DNA of 64,000 nucleotides from Gammaproteobacteria bacterium (GTDB lineage Bacteria; Pseudomonadota; Gammaproteobacteria; JABABF01): NCBI GenBank assembly GCA_965215045.1, contig OZ244031.1, positions 1,066,626 to 1,130,625 of the forward strand, read 5' to 3'. Shown piece by piece: positions 28,802 to 37,497 of this stretch (position 1 is its first letter; each line of letters starts with the position of its first letter). The notes under the pieces were generated by a model. It saw only the letters and a program-made list of their open reading frames with translations, ran no database searches and was not told where the DNA came from. The position numbers and the translations under genes were made by a program.

Positions 28802-28875
28802 TGGCTGGGGGAGGTGGATTCGAACCACCATTGACGGAGTCAGAGTCCGCAGTCCTACCGTTGAACGATCCCCCA
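28802..28875 (-). tRNA. tRNA-Gln (anticodon CUG)
   Basis: Minus-strand sequence UGGGGGAUCGUUCAACGGUAGGACUGCGGACUCUGACUCCGUCAAUGGUGGUUCGAAUCCACCUCCCCCAGCCA folds by hand into a cloverleaf: 7-bp acceptor stem, 3-bp D stem, anticodon loop cU-CUG-Ac, TTCGAAT T-loop, encoded CCA. Close to E. coli tRNA-Gln. Confidence 0.85.
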
Positions 28876-28911
28876 GTCGGGAGCGTGCATCCATTGTACA
28901 AAAAGCGGGTC

Positions 28912-29148
28912 GGCTGCCCGGCCCCGCGTCTTGCCGGCGTGGACCGTGTGCGGGCTTCAGGGGTAGTCCGCCCTGCAGGGAGTGATGGGTGGCTGCCCGG
29001 CCCCGCGTCTTGCCGGCGTGGACCGTGTGCGGGCTTCAGGGGGCGTCCGTCCTGCAGGGAGTGATGGGTGGTTGCCCGGCCCCGCGTCTTGCCGGCGTGC
29101 ACCGTGCGCGGGCTTCAGGGGGCGTCCGTCCTGCAGGGAGTGATGGGT
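28912..29148. repeat. three tandem 79-bp copies of a unit derived from the 3' end of rsmJ plus its downstream sequence, with a degenerate fourth copy overlapping the rsmJ stop
   Basis: Copies at 28912-28990, 28991-29069 and 29070-29148: ggctgcccggccccgcgtcttgccggcgtggaccgtgtgcgggcttcagggggcgtccgtcctgcagggagtgatgggt. The cctgcagggagtgatgg core is antisense of the rsmJ C-terminal codons (HHSLQG). Confidence 0.85.
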
Positions 29149-29163
29149 CGGTTGCTGCTGCCT

Positions 29164-29862
29164 TCAGGGGGCGTCCGCCCTGGTGCGCAGGTAGACGTCG
29201 AAACGCACCGCGGCACCCTGCAGGGAGTGATGGGGCGGCGCATCGGCCAGCGGCGGTGCCCGCCGCCGGCGCTTGACCACCACCCGGTGCCGGGCCCGGC
29301 GCCGGGCCGGTGCCAGCAGGTCCGGGGCATCGGTATCGGCACCGGCCAGTGCGTGCAGGATGCGCATCTCCTTCTTGTTCAGGGCACTGCCGGAGTCGCC
29401 GGGGAACATCGGGTCCAGGTACACGGCATCGAAATCCGGCGCCGCGTCTGCGCAGAGGAACTCCCGCGCCTCGCAACATTGCAGTTCCATGCGCCGCGCC
29501 GCCTCCGCCTCGCGCCCGCCCGCGGCGCGGGCGCGCCGCAGTCCGTCTTCCAGCAGGGCCGCGACCAGGGACTGGCGTTCCAGCAATTGCACCCGGCAGC
29601 CCAGGGCGGCGAGCACGAAGGCGTCGGCGCCAAAACCGGCGGTGGCGTCGAGGATCGCGGGCTGTTCGCCGCGGTGCAGGCCGAAGGCGCGCCCCAGCAG
29701 ACTGCGTCGCCCCTCGCGGCACCGGCGTCGCAGCCGGGCACTGCCGAAATCCACGTACAGTGCCCGCGCGCGCCGCGCCGGCAACTCCCGCAGTTCCAGC
29801 CGCCCCCGCGTGTGTTGCAACTGCCAGGCGGCCTCCCGTTCCGCCGGCAGGCGTTCGGACAT
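29164..29862 (-). CDS. rsmJ: 16S rRNA (guanine1516-N2)-methyltransferase
   Basis: ...ILDATAGFGADAFVLAALGCRVQLLERQ...AVYLDPMFP...KKEMRIL... matches RsmJ (YhiQ) SAM-binding motifs. Confidence 0.75.
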   Translation of the reverse strand: MSERLPAEREAAWQLQHTRGRLELRELPARRARALYVDFGSARLRRRCREGRRSLLGRAFGLHRGEQPAILDATAGFGADAFVLAALGCRVQLLERQSLVAALLEDGLRRARAAGGREAEAARRMELQCCEAREFLCADAAPDFDAVYLDPMFPGDSGSALNKKEMRILHALAGADTDAPDLLAPARRRARHRVVVKRRRRAPPLADAPPHHSLQGAAVRFDVYLRTRADAP

Positions 29863-30941
29863 CAGCCCCCGGTCTGCAGCAGGCGCCGCAGCACCGCCTC
29901 CCCCGGGCTGTCGGCCAGCACGGCACTGCCGATCGCATCCAGCAGCACCAGGCGCTGGCGTCCGCCCCGCACTTTCTTGTCCCCGCGCATCAGGCGCAAC
30001 AGCAATTCCGCATCGAGCGCAGGCGGCAACTCGCGCGGCAACCCGGCGCGTTCCAACAGGGTATCGATGCGCTGCACCTCCCCCGGCTCCAGGCGTCCCT
30101 GCTCCTGCGACAGGCGCGCCGCCAGCATGATGCCCACGGCCACCGCTTCACCGTGCAGCAGCCCGCGGTACTGTTGCGCCGCCTCGATGGCGTGGCCGAA
30201 AGTATGTCCCAGGTTGAGCAGTGCCCGCTCGCCCGCCTCGCGCTCGTCGCGGGCGACGATCCCGGCCTTGTTGACACAGGAGCGGTAGACGGCATCGATG
30301 ATCCGCCCGGGCTCGCGCTGTGCCAGGGCGTCGATCTCCGTCTCCAGCCACTGGAAAAAATCGGCGTCCCCGAGCAGTCCGTACTTGATCACTTCGGCCA
30401 GGCCGGCACTGAATTCGCGCGCCGGCAGGGTCTGCAGGGTGTCGACATCGGCGATCACCGCGCGCGGCTGGTGAAAGGCACCGATCATGTTTTTGCCCAG
30501 GGGATGGTTGATGGCGGTTTTGCCGCCGACCGCGGCATCCACCTGGGCCAGCAGGGTGGTCGGCAGCTGCACGAAATCCACGCCCCGTTGGTACGTGGCA
30601 GCGGCAAAACCGGTGAGGTCGCCGATCACGCCGCCGCCCAGGGCCAGCAGGGTGGCGTCCCGGTGGTATTCCTGTTCCAGCAATTGCGTGTAAATCCGTT
30701 CCATGGTCGCAAGGCTCTTGGCGGTTTCACCGGCGGGCAGCACCAGCGTGGTGAGCTGCTTGTCGCCCAGCAGTTGGCGCACGCTCTCCAGGTACAGGGG
30801 CGCCACCTGTGCATCGCTGAGCAGGAACACCTGTTCGCCGCCGATGGCGGCATCCAGGGGCTCCTTGTTTTGCAGCAGTCCATCGCCGATATAGATCGGG
30901 AAACGGTGCTCTCCCAGTTCCAGGTGCAGGGTGCGAATCAT
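29862..30941 (-). CDS. aroB: 3-dehydroquinate synthase
   Basis: Colinear with E. coli AroB (GGGVIGDLTGFAAATYQRGV...VGGKTAINHPLGKNMIGAF...LNLGHTFGHA). Confidence 0.9.
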   Translation of the reverse strand: MIRTLHLELGEHRFPIYIGDGLLQNKEPLDAAIGGEQVFLLSDAQVAPLYLESVRQLLGDKQLTTLVLPAGETAKSLATMERIYTQLLEQEYHRDATLLALGGGVIGDLTGFAAATYQRGVDFVQLPTTLLAQVDAAVGGKTAINHPLGKNMIGAFHQPRAVIADVDTLQTLPAREFSAGLAEVIKYGLLGDADFFQWLETEIDALAQREPGRIIDAVYRSCVNKAGIVARDEREAGERALLNLGHTFGHAIEAAQQYRGLLHGEAVAVGIMLAARLSQEQGRLEPGEVQRIDTLLERAGLPRELPPALDAELLLRLMRGDKKVRGGRQRLVLLDAIGSAVLADSPGEAVLRRLLQTGG

Positions 30942-31489
30942 TGCCGGGTCTCAGCGGCCTGCAGGCGTGAAAAGATTTGCGTCGCGGTTTCAGCGGTGTC
31001 CAGGGCATCGGTGGACACGCTCCAGTCCGCCGCCTCCCGGTACAACTTCTCCCGCTCCTGTAACAATTGTCGCAGTTTTTCCCGGCGTTCTCCATTGCGC
31101 AACAGCGGGCGGCCGCGGCCGGCGGACTCGCTGCGTGCCAGCCGTTGTTCCAGGGCCTCGGGTTCCGCCTGCAGGTAGACGATGCGACCGTGCCGGCGCA
31201 TGCACTCGGTGTTGCGTCGGTCGAGCACGATGCCGCCACCGGTGGCCACTACCGCCGGCGATGACTCCCGCGCCAGTCGTTCCACCAGCTGCTGCAGGAC
31301 CTCCCGCTCCAGGCGGCGAAACCCGGGTTCCCCGTCGCGGGCGAAGATCGCATCGATGCTGCATCCCGCCCGGGCACTGACTTCCGAGTCGGTGTCCAGG
31401 AAGGGGCGGCCGGCCCGTTCCGCCAGCAGCCGGCCGACCGCGCTTTTACCGGCACCGGGCGGCCCGACCAGGAAAAGATGCTGTTGCAC
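30938..31489 (-). CDS. aroK: shikimate kinase
   Basis: LVGPPGAGKS Walker A; 183 aa; immediately upstream of aroB as in the E. coli hofQ-aroK-aroB arrangement. Confidence 0.9.
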   Translation of the reverse strand: MQQHLFLVGPPGAGKSAVGRLLAERAGRPFLDTDSEVSARAGCSIDAIFARDGEPGFRRLEREVLQQLVERLARESSPAVVATGGGIVLDRRNTECMRRHGRIVYLQAEPEALEQRLARSESAGRGRPLLRNGERREKLRQLLQEREKLYREAADWSVSTDALDTAETATQIFSRLQAAETRQ

Positions 31490-31498
31490 GGGGCCGCC

Positions 31499-32830
31499 CT
31501 ATTCCCCGGGCAGGATCTGCGGGGTGATGAAAATCAGCGTCTCGGTCTTGATATGCTGACGATTGCTGCGCCGGAACAGCCGGCCCACCAGCGGCGCAGA
31601 GCCCAGGAGCGGGGTTTTGCTGCGCGAGAGATTGCGCTCGTTGCGCAACACCCCGCCCAGGGCGGCGGTCTCGTTTTCCGCCAGCAGTATGCGCGTGCGC
31701 AATTCCGTGGTGTTGATTGTCGGCACCTGTCCCGCTTCAGTCTGCAGCGCCGAACCCGGCGAATCCTGGTTGATGATCAAATCGAGTGTGATTTTATCAC
31801 CGGGGGTGATCACCGGGGTGACGTCCAGGCGCAACACCGCGTCCTTGAATTGCACCGTGGTGCGACCGTTGGGCGCCGACTCCTGGAACGGGATCTGGAT
31901 GCCGGACTTGATCGAGGCGGTGCGGCGATTGCCGGTCACCAGCCGGGGCCGGGAGATCACCTCTGCCAGTCCTTGGCTCTCCATCGCCTGCAGCGCCAGC
32001 TGCAAGCGGGCGTGGTCGCCGGCAAAGCCGATGCGCAGTGCCGCCTCCAGGCCGCCGCCACCGGCACCCAGGTTCAACAGGCCGGCGGTGTTCTCGTGGC
32101 TCTCCCCGACCCGCCCCTGCCATTCCAGGCCCAGTTGCCGGGCGTGGTCCGCCTGCACGACAGCGATCATGGCCGAGATCATCACCTGGCGCACCGGCAC
32201 ATCGAGCAGTGCCACGGTCTGCTGCATGCGACGGTGCCACGGGGCGGTGCCGTAGAGCAGCAGGGCGTTGGTGCGCACATCGACGACCACGCGCCCCCCG
32301 CTGTGCGGATCCTGGCCCAGCAGTGCGGCGAGTTCCGCGGCGTCGGCGAAGCGGATCGGCAGGTGTTGCGGCGCGTCTGCAGCGTCTGCCGCAGACGCTG
32401 CCCCGGTGCCGGCACCCCGCCGGCGCACCAGCAGTATGTCGCCGTCCCGTTGCCGGTGCAATCCGCGGTTGTCCAGGATTAACTGCAGGGCTTTTTCCCA
32501 GGGGACATTTTCCAGGTGCAGCGTGATGCGGCCGTCGACATCATCGCCGGCCACCAGGTTCAGGCCGCGCATCTCCGCCAGCAGTTTGAGTGCCGTGCGC
32601 ACCTCGATATCCTGGAAATCAAAGGTCCAGCCACTCCCGGCACCCGGGTCGGCGGCCGGTGTGTTTGCCGCACCGGGTGCGGCCAGTCCCAGGCACAGCC
32701 ATAACAGGGCGAATGCCGCCCGCTGCGTACCCCGCCTGCGGTGCCGGGGGCGCAACCGGTGGGCGGCACGGTTCGGCATTCCCCGCGGGTGCACCGGGTA
32801 CCGGGCCGCACCGGAGAACCGGGCGTTCAT
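31499..32830 (-). CDS. pilQ: short (443 aa) secretin, HofQ/ComE/PilQ family, lacking AMIN domains
   Basis: N0 domain (IEVRTALKLLAEMRGLNLV) and C-terminal secretin domain (...VPLLGSAPLVGRLFR...TETLIFITPQIL). The ATG at 32830 overlaps the upstream frame's TGA (ATGA). Synteny mrcA <-> M N O P Q - aroK - aroB as in E. coli hofMNOPQ. Confidence 0.8.
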   Translation of the reverse strand: MNARFSGAARYPVHPRGMPNRAAHRLRPRHRRRGTQRAAFALLWLCLGLAAPGAANTPAADPGAGSGWTFDFQDIEVRTALKLLAEMRGLNLVAGDDVDGRITLHLENVPWEKALQLILDNRGLHRQRDGDILLVRRRGAGTGAASAADAADAPQHLPIRFADAAELAALLGQDPHSGGRVVVDVRTNALLLYGTAPWHRRMQQTVALLDVPVRQVMISAMIAVVQADHARQLGLEWQGRVGESHENTAGLLNLGAGGGGLEAALRIGFAGDHARLQLALQAMESQGLAEVISRPRLVTGNRRTASIKSGIQIPFQESAPNGRTTVQFKDAVLRLDVTPVITPGDKITLDLIINQDSPGSALQTEAGQVPTINTTELRTRILLAENETAALGGVLRNERNLSRSKTPLLGSAPLVGRLFRRSNRQHIKTETLIFITPQILPGE

Positions 32831-33213
32831 CGCCGCCGCTCCCCGGTGCGGGATTCTCTGCGATGCACCCGCCCCTGGGAGTCGCGCAACAGGCGCCAGT
32901 GCCGCCCGCCGTGGCGGATGCTGCCGACCTCCTCCATCTCCTGTGCCTGTGTCTGCGGCCGCCCGGGTGTCGGCCGGCGAAATGGCGAGAGCCCGGGTGC
33001 CGCCGTCTGTGCGGTTTGCGTGTGTGCGGTCTCCGGTGGCGCATTTTCCCCCGCCGCCGCCGTTTGCGTGTGTGCGGTCTCCGGTGGCGCATTTCCCCCG
33101 CCCCCGCTGCCGTTTGCGTGCGCGCCGTTGTCGCGGGAGGGTGCGCCGCTTCGACCCCGGGTCGTTCCGCTGCGCAGCAGTACAGCTGCAAGGACAATTC
33201 GGCCCGCAACTGT
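32827..33213 (-). CDS. pilP: PilP/HofP-like pilot lipoprotein candidate; boundaries and integrity uncertain
   Basis: The frame ending in TGA at 32827-32829 (coupled to the pilQ ATG) encodes a Pro/Thr/Ala-rich linker from the 48-bp repeat (NAPPETAHTQTAAAGE x2), then ...SPFRRP...EEVGSIRHGGRHWRLLRDSQGRVHRR, which resembles the start of the PilP beta-domain. It stops about 50 aa earlier than PilP from P. aeruginosa. No ATG/GTG start found near the expected 5' end. Confidence 0.25.
   Translation of the reverse strand, partial: TVAGRIVLAAVLLRSGTTRGRSGAPSRDNGAHANGSGGGGNAPPETAHTQTAAAGENAPPETAHTQTAQTAAPGLSPFRRPTPGRPQTQAQEMEEVGSIRHGGRHWRLLRDSQGRVHRRESRTGERRR
33014..33127. repeat. 2.3 tandem copies of a 48-50-bp unit inside the pilO/pilP region
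   Basis: gtttgcgtgtgtgcggtctccggtggcgcattttcccccgccgccgcc at 33014-33061, 33062-33111, and a partial copy to 33127. Encodes the P/T/A-rich linker in the pilP-candidate frame. Confidence 0.8.
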
Positions 33214-33734
33214 GCCTCCTCGCCGCTGGCGTGCAACTCGGCGAAGTCCAACTGCAGCACGCGCGGCAGCTGTATCAACCCGCCCAGGAAACCGTGCAGT
33301 GCCGCGTACTGACCCATGAGTTCCAGTTGCAGCGGCGTCACGGCATAAAAATCCTGGCGTTGGACCCGGCCGGGCGTGATGCCCAGGAGACGGACCCCGT
33401 GTTCGCCGGCGGTCCGGTCCAGGGCCTGGGAAAAGCCCGCGATGTCCGGCTCCAGCGGCAGGCCCCGGGCCCGCTGCCGGTACTCGGCGAGATTCTTTTC
33501 CGCATCGCGCAACTCCCGCCGCAGCCCGGCACCCTGTTGTTGCAAAGCCGCGATTTCCTGTTCCCGCAGTGCCAGCCCTGCGTGTTCTAACTGCAGCCTT
33601 TGCCAGGCGGGCCAGGACCACAACGCCGCACTGCACAGCATTGCGCACAGGCCGCCGCCTAGGAACACGCCCCACAGGCCCGCCCGGGTCTCCAGCACCT
33701 CCCACAGCCGCGTCATCCACTGTTCCCGGTTCAT
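33132..33734 (-). CDS. pilO: PilO/HofO-like inner-membrane pilus assembly protein (approximate 3' end; no in-frame stop until 32619)
   Basis: Starts at ATG 33734 (MNREQWMTRLWEVLETRAGLWGVFLGGGLC... TM helix). C-terminal ...PRVLQLDFAELHASGEEAQLRAELSLQLY resembles the PilO C-terminus (...PRIVTLHDFEIKP...LRMSILAKTYRY). Past about 33130 the frame reads through the repeat region as Arg/His-rich low-complexity sequence. Confidence 0.5.
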
Positions 33735-33791
33735 GGCACTTCCCGCTTCCACAGCCGCGTCATCCACTGTTCCCGGTTCATGGCACTTCCC
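33702..33791. repeat. perfect 45-bp tandem duplication at the pilN-stop/pilO-start junction
   Basis: ccgcgtcatccactgttcccggttcatggcacttcccgcttccacag at 33702-33746 and 33747-33791. Each copy contains a CAT (ATG) and a TCA (TGA). pilN stops in the distal copy (33778-33780) and pilO starts in the proximal copy (33734). Confidence 0.85.
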
Positions 33792-34929
33792 GCTTCCACA
33801 GCCGCGCCCGCAGGGAAAAATGATGTCCGGGCGCGCTGCGCTCGGCGCGGATGGTATTGAGTTGGGCCTCGCGCAGCCCCGCGGTGCGCATGCGTTGCAA
33901 CAGCCGGGTGACCTGCCCGGCACCGCCGGCCTCTCCCCACAATTGCAACTGTTCCCCGTGCAAGGCCAGGCGCTTCAGGCGCACGCCTTCCGGCAGCAGC
34001 CCCGGCAGCTCACTGAGCAGGCGCAGCAACTGCCGGTTGCCGGTACTCCAGTTGCGCATGGTGGCACTGTGTGTTTGCAACTGCGCGTAGTGCGCCTTGC
34101 GCTGTTGCAGTTCGGTGCCCTGCAGACGCAGTTGCCGGTGCTGTTGTTCCCGGTCTGCGAGTTGTGCCTGCAGGTTCTCCTGGCGCTGGTGCAGATGCCA
34201 GCTGCCCAGGACCACCGGCAACTGCAGGGCGGCCGCACTCAGCACCAGGCCCAGGGCGAGTCGCCGGTGCAGCCCGCGCCGTTTTTGTCGCCGCCAGGGC
34301 AGGAAATTAAAACCCGCGCCCAGGCCCAGCCCGCAGCAGAGTTCCAGCACCGCTTGCGGTGCCGGTGCGGTGCCGACTTGCAATTGCACGCGCCCGTGTT
34401 GCAGCAGTTCCCGGCCCTGGCGTCGCGCCTGGCCGGCGATGCCGATGCGCTGCAATTGCAGGCCGGCCAGCCCGGCGATCGCCTGCAGCGGTTCGCAGAC
34501 GGTGCGCCGGCACACGGCCAGGTGCGCCGTGCGCGCGCCGGCACCGGGGGAACTCAACCGGTAATCGATCAGCAGTTCTGCAGCCGGATACGGCAGCAAT
34601 CCCTCGGCCTCCGCGCGCAGGGCGGTTTCGTATTGCGCTTCACTGAGTCCCGCCGGCAGTTCCAGGGACCGCTCCGCCGCCTGGCTGTCGGGCAGGGCCA
34701 TGGCCGCCGCGCGCGGGACGTCGCCCAGGCGTTGCAGGGCCCGTTTCAGGGCGGCACCGCAGGCCTGTACCGGGTCGCCGTCCGCTGCGCGCACTTCCTC
34801 GCAGTACAGGTACAGCCCGGGCGGTGTGCCGCGTCCGGTGGTGCGCAGCAGACCCAGCTGTACCTGCGCCGGTAGAAGGGCGATACAGAGCGGGGGTTTG
34901 CCGACCTCCGAACCTCCTTGTGCTTGCAT
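33778..34929 (-). CDS. pilM/pilN: single 383-aa ORF combining a truncated PilM/HofM-like N-terminal part (about 205 aa) with a PilN/HofN-like C-terminal part (about 178 aa)
   Basis: ATG 34929 with AGGAAA ribosome-binding site. N-terminal region ...PLCIALLPAQVQLGLL...LYLYCEEV... resembles the PilM start. From ...FNFLPWRRQKRRGLHRRLALGLVLSAAALQLPVVLG... onward it resembles PilN (N-terminal R/K cluster plus TM helix). No stop separates the two parts. Confidence 0.55.
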   Translation of the reverse strand: MQAQGGSEVGKPPLCIALLPAQVQLGLLRTTGRGTPPGLYLYCEEVRAADGDPVQACGAALKRALQRLGDVPRAAAMALPDSQAAERSLELPAGLSEAQYETALRAEAEGLLPYPAAELLIDYRLSSPGAGARTAHLAVCRRTVCEPLQAIAGLAGLQLQRIGIAGQARRQGRELLQHGRVQLQVGTAPAPQAVLELCCGLGLGAGFNFLPWRRQKRRGLHRRLALGLVLSAAALQLPVVLGSWHLHQRQENLQAQLADREQQHRQLRLQGTELQQRKAHYAQLQTHSATMRNWSTGNRQLLRLLSELPGLLPEGVRLKRLALHGEQLQLWGEAGGAGQVTRLLQRMRTAGLREAQLNTIRAERSAPGHHFSLRARLWKREVP

Positions 34930-35053
34930 TTCAGTTTCCTGTTGCCTGTTGTCAACGGAGGCCGTATTATAGACAGTATTTTCCGCCGCACAATTTTCCG
35001 CGAGTGCGGCTCGGGCGGCAGGGCAAAAACCCGCGAAAAAACAGGCGCATCTC

Positions 35054-37483
35054 ATGTTGAACCTGGTGCTTCGGCAGACCCTCGTGGTCTTGCAATTGGG
35101 CATTGCCGGCATGTTTGCCGCCTTCGCGATGTTTCTCGCCACCTGGCTTTACCTGGCCCCGACCCTGCCCGGGGTTGCGCAATTGCGCGACATCTCCCTG
35201 CAGACCCCCCTCAGGGTCTACTCGCGCGAGGGCCTGCTGATCGGCGAATTCGGCGAACAGCGGCGCATCCCCCTGGAATACGAGGACATCCCGCCGGCAC
35301 TGGTACACGCACTGCTCGCCGCCGAAGACGATCGTTTCCTGTCTCACCCGGGCGTCGACCTGGCCGGGCTTTTGCGCGCCTTCATCGAGTTCCTGCGTTC
35401 GGGGAATTTCCGTAGCGGCGGCAGCACCATCACCATGCAGGTGGCGCGCAACTATTTCTTGAGCCAGGAACGCACCCTGGCGCGCAAGATCAACGAAATC
35501 CTGCTCGCCCTGCGCATCGAAAAAGAACTGTCCAAGCAGGAGATCTTCTCGCTCTATGCGAACAAGATCTACCTGGGCAACCGCGCCTACGGCGTCGCCG
35601 TGGCGGCACTGGTGTATTACGGCAAGGACCTGGATGCGCTGAGTCTCGCCCAGTACGCGATGATCGCCGGCTTGCCCAAGGCGCCTTCCACCTTCAACCC
35701 GCTGGTCAATCCACAGCGCGCGGTGGCGCGGCGCAACTGGATCCTGCAGCGCATGCACTCCCTGGGGTACATCGAGCGCGCCCAGCTGCGCGAAGCCCAG
35801 GCGGCGCCCATCGAGGCCCGCTATCACAGCGCGCCCATCGAGTTGGAAGCACCCTACGTCGCCGAAATGGTGCGCCGCCTGATGATCCAGCGTTACGGGC
35901 TCAAGGCGTACACGGCGGGCTACCGGGTGTTCACCACGGTCGAGGAACAACTGCAGCGGGCGGCGCGGGCCGCACTGGTCGACGGCCTGGTCGCCTACGA
36001 CTGGCGTCATGGCTGGCGCGGTGCCGAGCGCCGGTTGGGCGGGGCCACGGGAGACGGCCCGGTGACCGAGGGCGATATCGCCGCCTGGCGCCGGGAGTTG
36101 GGGGCCATCCCCGCACTGGGAGGCCTGGCGCCCGCGGTGGTGCTGGAAGTCCGGGAGCAGAGTTTTAGCGCGGCACTGCCCGGCGGCGAGCGCGTGCGGA
36201 TCGACTGGGAACAGGGCCTCAGCGAGGCGCGCGCCTATCTCAGCGAGGACCGCCTGGGTCCCGAGCCGCAGAATGCCGCGCAGCTGGTGCAGCCCGGTGA
36301 CGTGGTGCGACTGCGGCGCGCGCCCGGGACGCGGGAGTGGCAGTTGCGCCAGCTGCCGGAAATCGAGGGCGGCCTGGTGGCGCTTAACCCCGGGGACGGG
36401 GCGATCCGCAGCCTGGTCGGGGGCTTTGATTTTCAGCACAACAAGTTCAACCACGTCACCCAGGGGCGGCGCCAGCCGGGCTCCGGGCTCAAGCCTTTCA
36501 TTTACGCGGCGGGCCTGGAGAGCGGCATGACCGCGGCGACGATCTTCAATGATGCCCCGGTGGTGTTCGAGGACGAGAAGCTGGAGGATATCTGGCGTCC
36601 CTCCAATGTCGAGGGGCGTTTCAACGGGCCGATGCGTTTGCGCGCCGCCCTCTACCAGTCGCGCAACCTGGTCTCGGTGCGCCTGTTGCGGCAACTGGGT
36701 ATTGACAACGCCCTCGATGCCATGGGCCGTTTCGGTTTCGATATCAGCGAGGCGGAACACAATCTCTCGCTGGCCCTGGGCAGTCACGCACTGCGGCCGA
36801 TGGAACTGGCCGTGGGTTACGCGGTTTTTGCCAACGGCGGATACCGGGTCGCCCCTTATGTCATCGAACGGGTCGAGGACCTGGAGGGCGGGGTGCTGGA
36901 GGTGGCCACCCCGCCGCGCGTGCCACCGGAGTGCATGTTCAGCAATTGCACCGAGGAACAGGGCGGCGGACTGACCCCGCCGCGGGTTATCGAACGGCGG
37001 GTCGCCTACATCATGGAAACCATTTTGCGCGATGTGATCCTGCGCGGCACGGGCCGCCCGGCGCGCGCCCTGGAACGGGGTGACCTGGCGGGCAAAACCG
37101 GCACCACCAACGGGCCGACCGACGCCTGGTTTTCCGGTTATTCGCTGCACACGGTCGCCACGGTCTGGCTGGGTTTTGACCAGAACCAGTTCCTGGGCCA
37201 GCGTGAATACGGGGGTTCTGCGGCCCTGCCGGTGTGGGTGGATTTCATGCAGACGGCCCTGCAGGGTGTGAGTGAACAGTCGCGCGAGCAGCCGGATGGC
37301 ATGGTGGTGGCGCGCATCGACCCCGACACGGGCGAACCCGCCAGTCCCGGCCAGGCCGGCGCGATCTTTGAAATCTTTCGCCGTGAACACGCCCCCGTCG
37401 CCCCGGCATCGGCACACACTGCACCGGTGGCGAAACCGGATGAGAAAAACGCCGGCGCCGAGGCGATTAATGACTTGTTCTGA
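35054..37483 (+). CDS. mrcA: penicillin-binding protein 1A (bifunctional transglycosylase/transpeptidase)
   Basis: Colinear with E. coli PBP1a (EDxRFxxHxGxD, GxSTITQQ, RKxxE glycosyltransferase motifs; SxxK, SxN, KTGT transpeptidase motifs). Divergent from the pil/hof operon. Confidence 0.9.
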   Translation: MLNLVLRQTLVVLQLGIAGMFAAFAMFLATWLYLAPTLPGVAQLRDISLQTPLRVYSREGLLIGEFGEQRRIPLEYEDIPPALVHALLAAEDDRFLSHPGVDLAGLLRAFIEFLRSGNFRSGGSTITMQVARNYFLSQERTLARKINEILLALRIEKELSKQEIFSLYANKIYLGNRAYGVAVAALVYYGKDLDALSLAQYAMIAGLPKAPSTFNPLVNPQRAVARRNWILQRMHSLGYIERAQLREAQAAPIEARYHSAPIELEAPYVAEMVRRLMIQRYGLKAYTAGYRVFTTVEEQLQRAARAALVDGLVAYDWRHGWRGAERRLGGATGDGPVTEGDIAAWRRELGAIPALGGLAPAVVLEVREQSFSAALPGGERVRIDWEQGLSEARAYLSEDRLGPEPQNAAQLVQPGDVVRLRRAPGTREWQLRQLPEIEGGLVALNPGDGAIRSLVGGFDFQHNKFNHVTQGRRQPGSGLKPFIYAAGLESGMTAATIFNDAPVVFEDEKLEDIWRPSNVEGRFNGPMRLRAALYQSRNLVSVRLLRQLGIDNALDAMGRFGFDISEAEHNLSLALGSHALRPMELAVGYAVFANGGYRVAPYVIERVEDLEGGVLEVATPPRVPPECMFSNCTEEQGGGLTPPRVIERRVAYIMETILRDVILRGTGRPARALERGDLAGKTGTTNGPTDAWFSGYSLHTVATVWLGFDQNQFLGQREYGGSAALPVWVDFMQTALQGVSEQSREQPDGMVVARIDPDTGEPASPGQAGAIFEIFRREHAPVAPASAHTAPVAKPDEKNAGAEAINDLF

Positions 37484-37497
37484 GGCCGCCGGCTGAG

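Noticed and set aside
28802-29200. tRNA-Gln-associated genomic island
   Set aside because: No integrase, no att-like duplication of the tRNA 3' end, and flanking genes (proS, rsmJ, aroB) are core housekeeping. The adjacent repeats derive from the rsmJ 3' end, not from a mobile element.
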